In this document: piece after piece, positions 62,931 to 64,000 of the stretch
Layout of the letters: the number at the start of each line of letters is the position of its first letter
Position numbering within the stretch: the stretch's first letter is position 1
Notes under the pieces: generated by a model
Seen by the model: only the letters and a program-made list of their open reading frames with translations
The model's database searches: none
Told to the model about the DNA's origin: nothing
Made by a program: the position numbers and the translations under genes
Assembly (NCBI RefSeq): GCF_006345805.1
Contig: NC_042999.1
Span: 55,800,001 to 55,864,000, forward strand
Direction: 5' to 3'
DNA: 64,000 nt
From: Octopus sinensis
Lineage: Eukaryota

Positions 62931-63246
62931 CAAAGAAATCAAAGCTAATTCTCCTGCTTACTGATAAATATTTCAGTCCTTTCTAAATAAAATATTGCTG
63001 AAAAAGAAGTGGAGAAATTGTCAAAGTACAAAGATCTCAAAACTGAAATATTGAAGATGTGTGGCATGAAGGTGAAAACAATACCTAGCTGTCTGTGAGC
63101 ATTTTGTATGATAAAATTCCATACCTGGACCCTCACTATCCAGAAAATAGGCCTGCTAGGAACAACCCACATTCTATGCAAGACACTATCAAGTCAAAAG
63201 TACAGCCCAAATAAAACAATCCACAAAGACAAGATACACTCTATAC

Positions 63247-63465
63247 CAGTGGTTTTCAACCAGGGTTCCGCGAAACCTTAAGGTTCCGCCAGTACAGTCC
63301 AGGGGTTCCACAAGAAGTTACAAAACTGCTAAAATCGACAGTAATTTTTAATTCTCCTGTGCAGATATGTGTGCATAAAACTATTAAATTATTGCACAGG
63401 GGTTCCTCGAGCCAGTGGAATGTTTCCTTGGGGTTCTGCTCCAGCAAAAAGTTTGAAAAGCACTG
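63247..63465. mobile_element. hAT (Charlie-type) MITE with perfect 8-bp TSD CTCTATAC
   Basis: TIRs CAGTGGTTTTCAACC / GTTTGAAAAGCACTG. The TSD lies at 63239-63246 and 63466-63473. Confidence 0.92.
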
Positions 63466-64000
63466 CTCTATACAGTAATTATCCAATAAAACAAGCAACG
63501 CCCACAACATGTACTCTACAGGTCAGTTACCCAACAGTATGCAACTAGCATTACACACACAACACACAATACAGACATTAATACAGCAAAAGACTCAAGT
63601 GAAACCCCATAACAAAGCAAACTGATGCAATACAATACCAGGGAGTTTGTACTCCTATGACAGCAAAAATAACAAAAAAACAAGAACACAGTACTGCACA
63701 CATCTCAGCAACACAGATGCAGGTGATGCAGTGGAAATTTACCTGAAAGTATCAAATGTCGAATAATAATGACAATGATGATGATGATGAGAATAATAAT
63801 AATTGTACATGTATGTATGTACATATACATATATATGTATAGATAGATTGATAGATAGATAGATAGATAAAGAGAGTTATATATATAAGACATTGATATA
63901 AATACAAGCATACATATATATTTATACACACACACACACATGCATACATATATACAATGTATGTATGTATGTTTGTCTATATATGTATAGATGTGTGTGC

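Overview
This is eukaryotic, AT-rich, microsatellite-saturated DNA with no intact long ORF. The SINE families and the (TA)n/(CA)n/(GATA)n density resemble Octopus (coleoid cephalopod) DNA; this is inferred from recalled repeat families and was not verified. Almost every ORF in the supplied track is a microsatellite translation or a piece of a decayed transposon. Recognisable LINE-type elements: a decayed CR1-like LINE (1-3650, minus), RTE-clade fragments, an R4/Dong-like fragment with a restriction-like endonuclease, and a decayed Penelope-like element (PLE) RT at 38.2-39.6 kb. Recognisable DNA elements: two near-full-length mariners plus fragments, a Tigger/pogo, two copies of a ~1.85 kb internally deleted Helitron plus three smaller Helitron-like elements, and hAT and mariner MITEs with clean target-site duplications (TSDs). 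There are also more than 25 tRNA-derived or RTE-tailed SINE copies. The strongest lead is a set of minimal type-I hammerhead-ribozyme-like motifs with palindromic stem III, several at the fold-back point of long inverted repeats, consistent with PLE pseudo-LTR remnants. One motif (45395-45480) has a fully canonical catalytic core. Other leads: a CpG-decay pattern that may outline methylated gene bodies; a phase-consistent chain of candidate minus-strand micro-exons at 59-61 kb with an in-frame TGA cassette exon; a coding-like SYQPxxD repeat next to a G-quadruplex-type array; and a 107-bp perfect duplication around a nested SINE. No CRISPR array, prokaryotic system, Fanzor/TnpB or bona fide RNA gene was seen. 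No host gene could be named. All identities were judged by eye.
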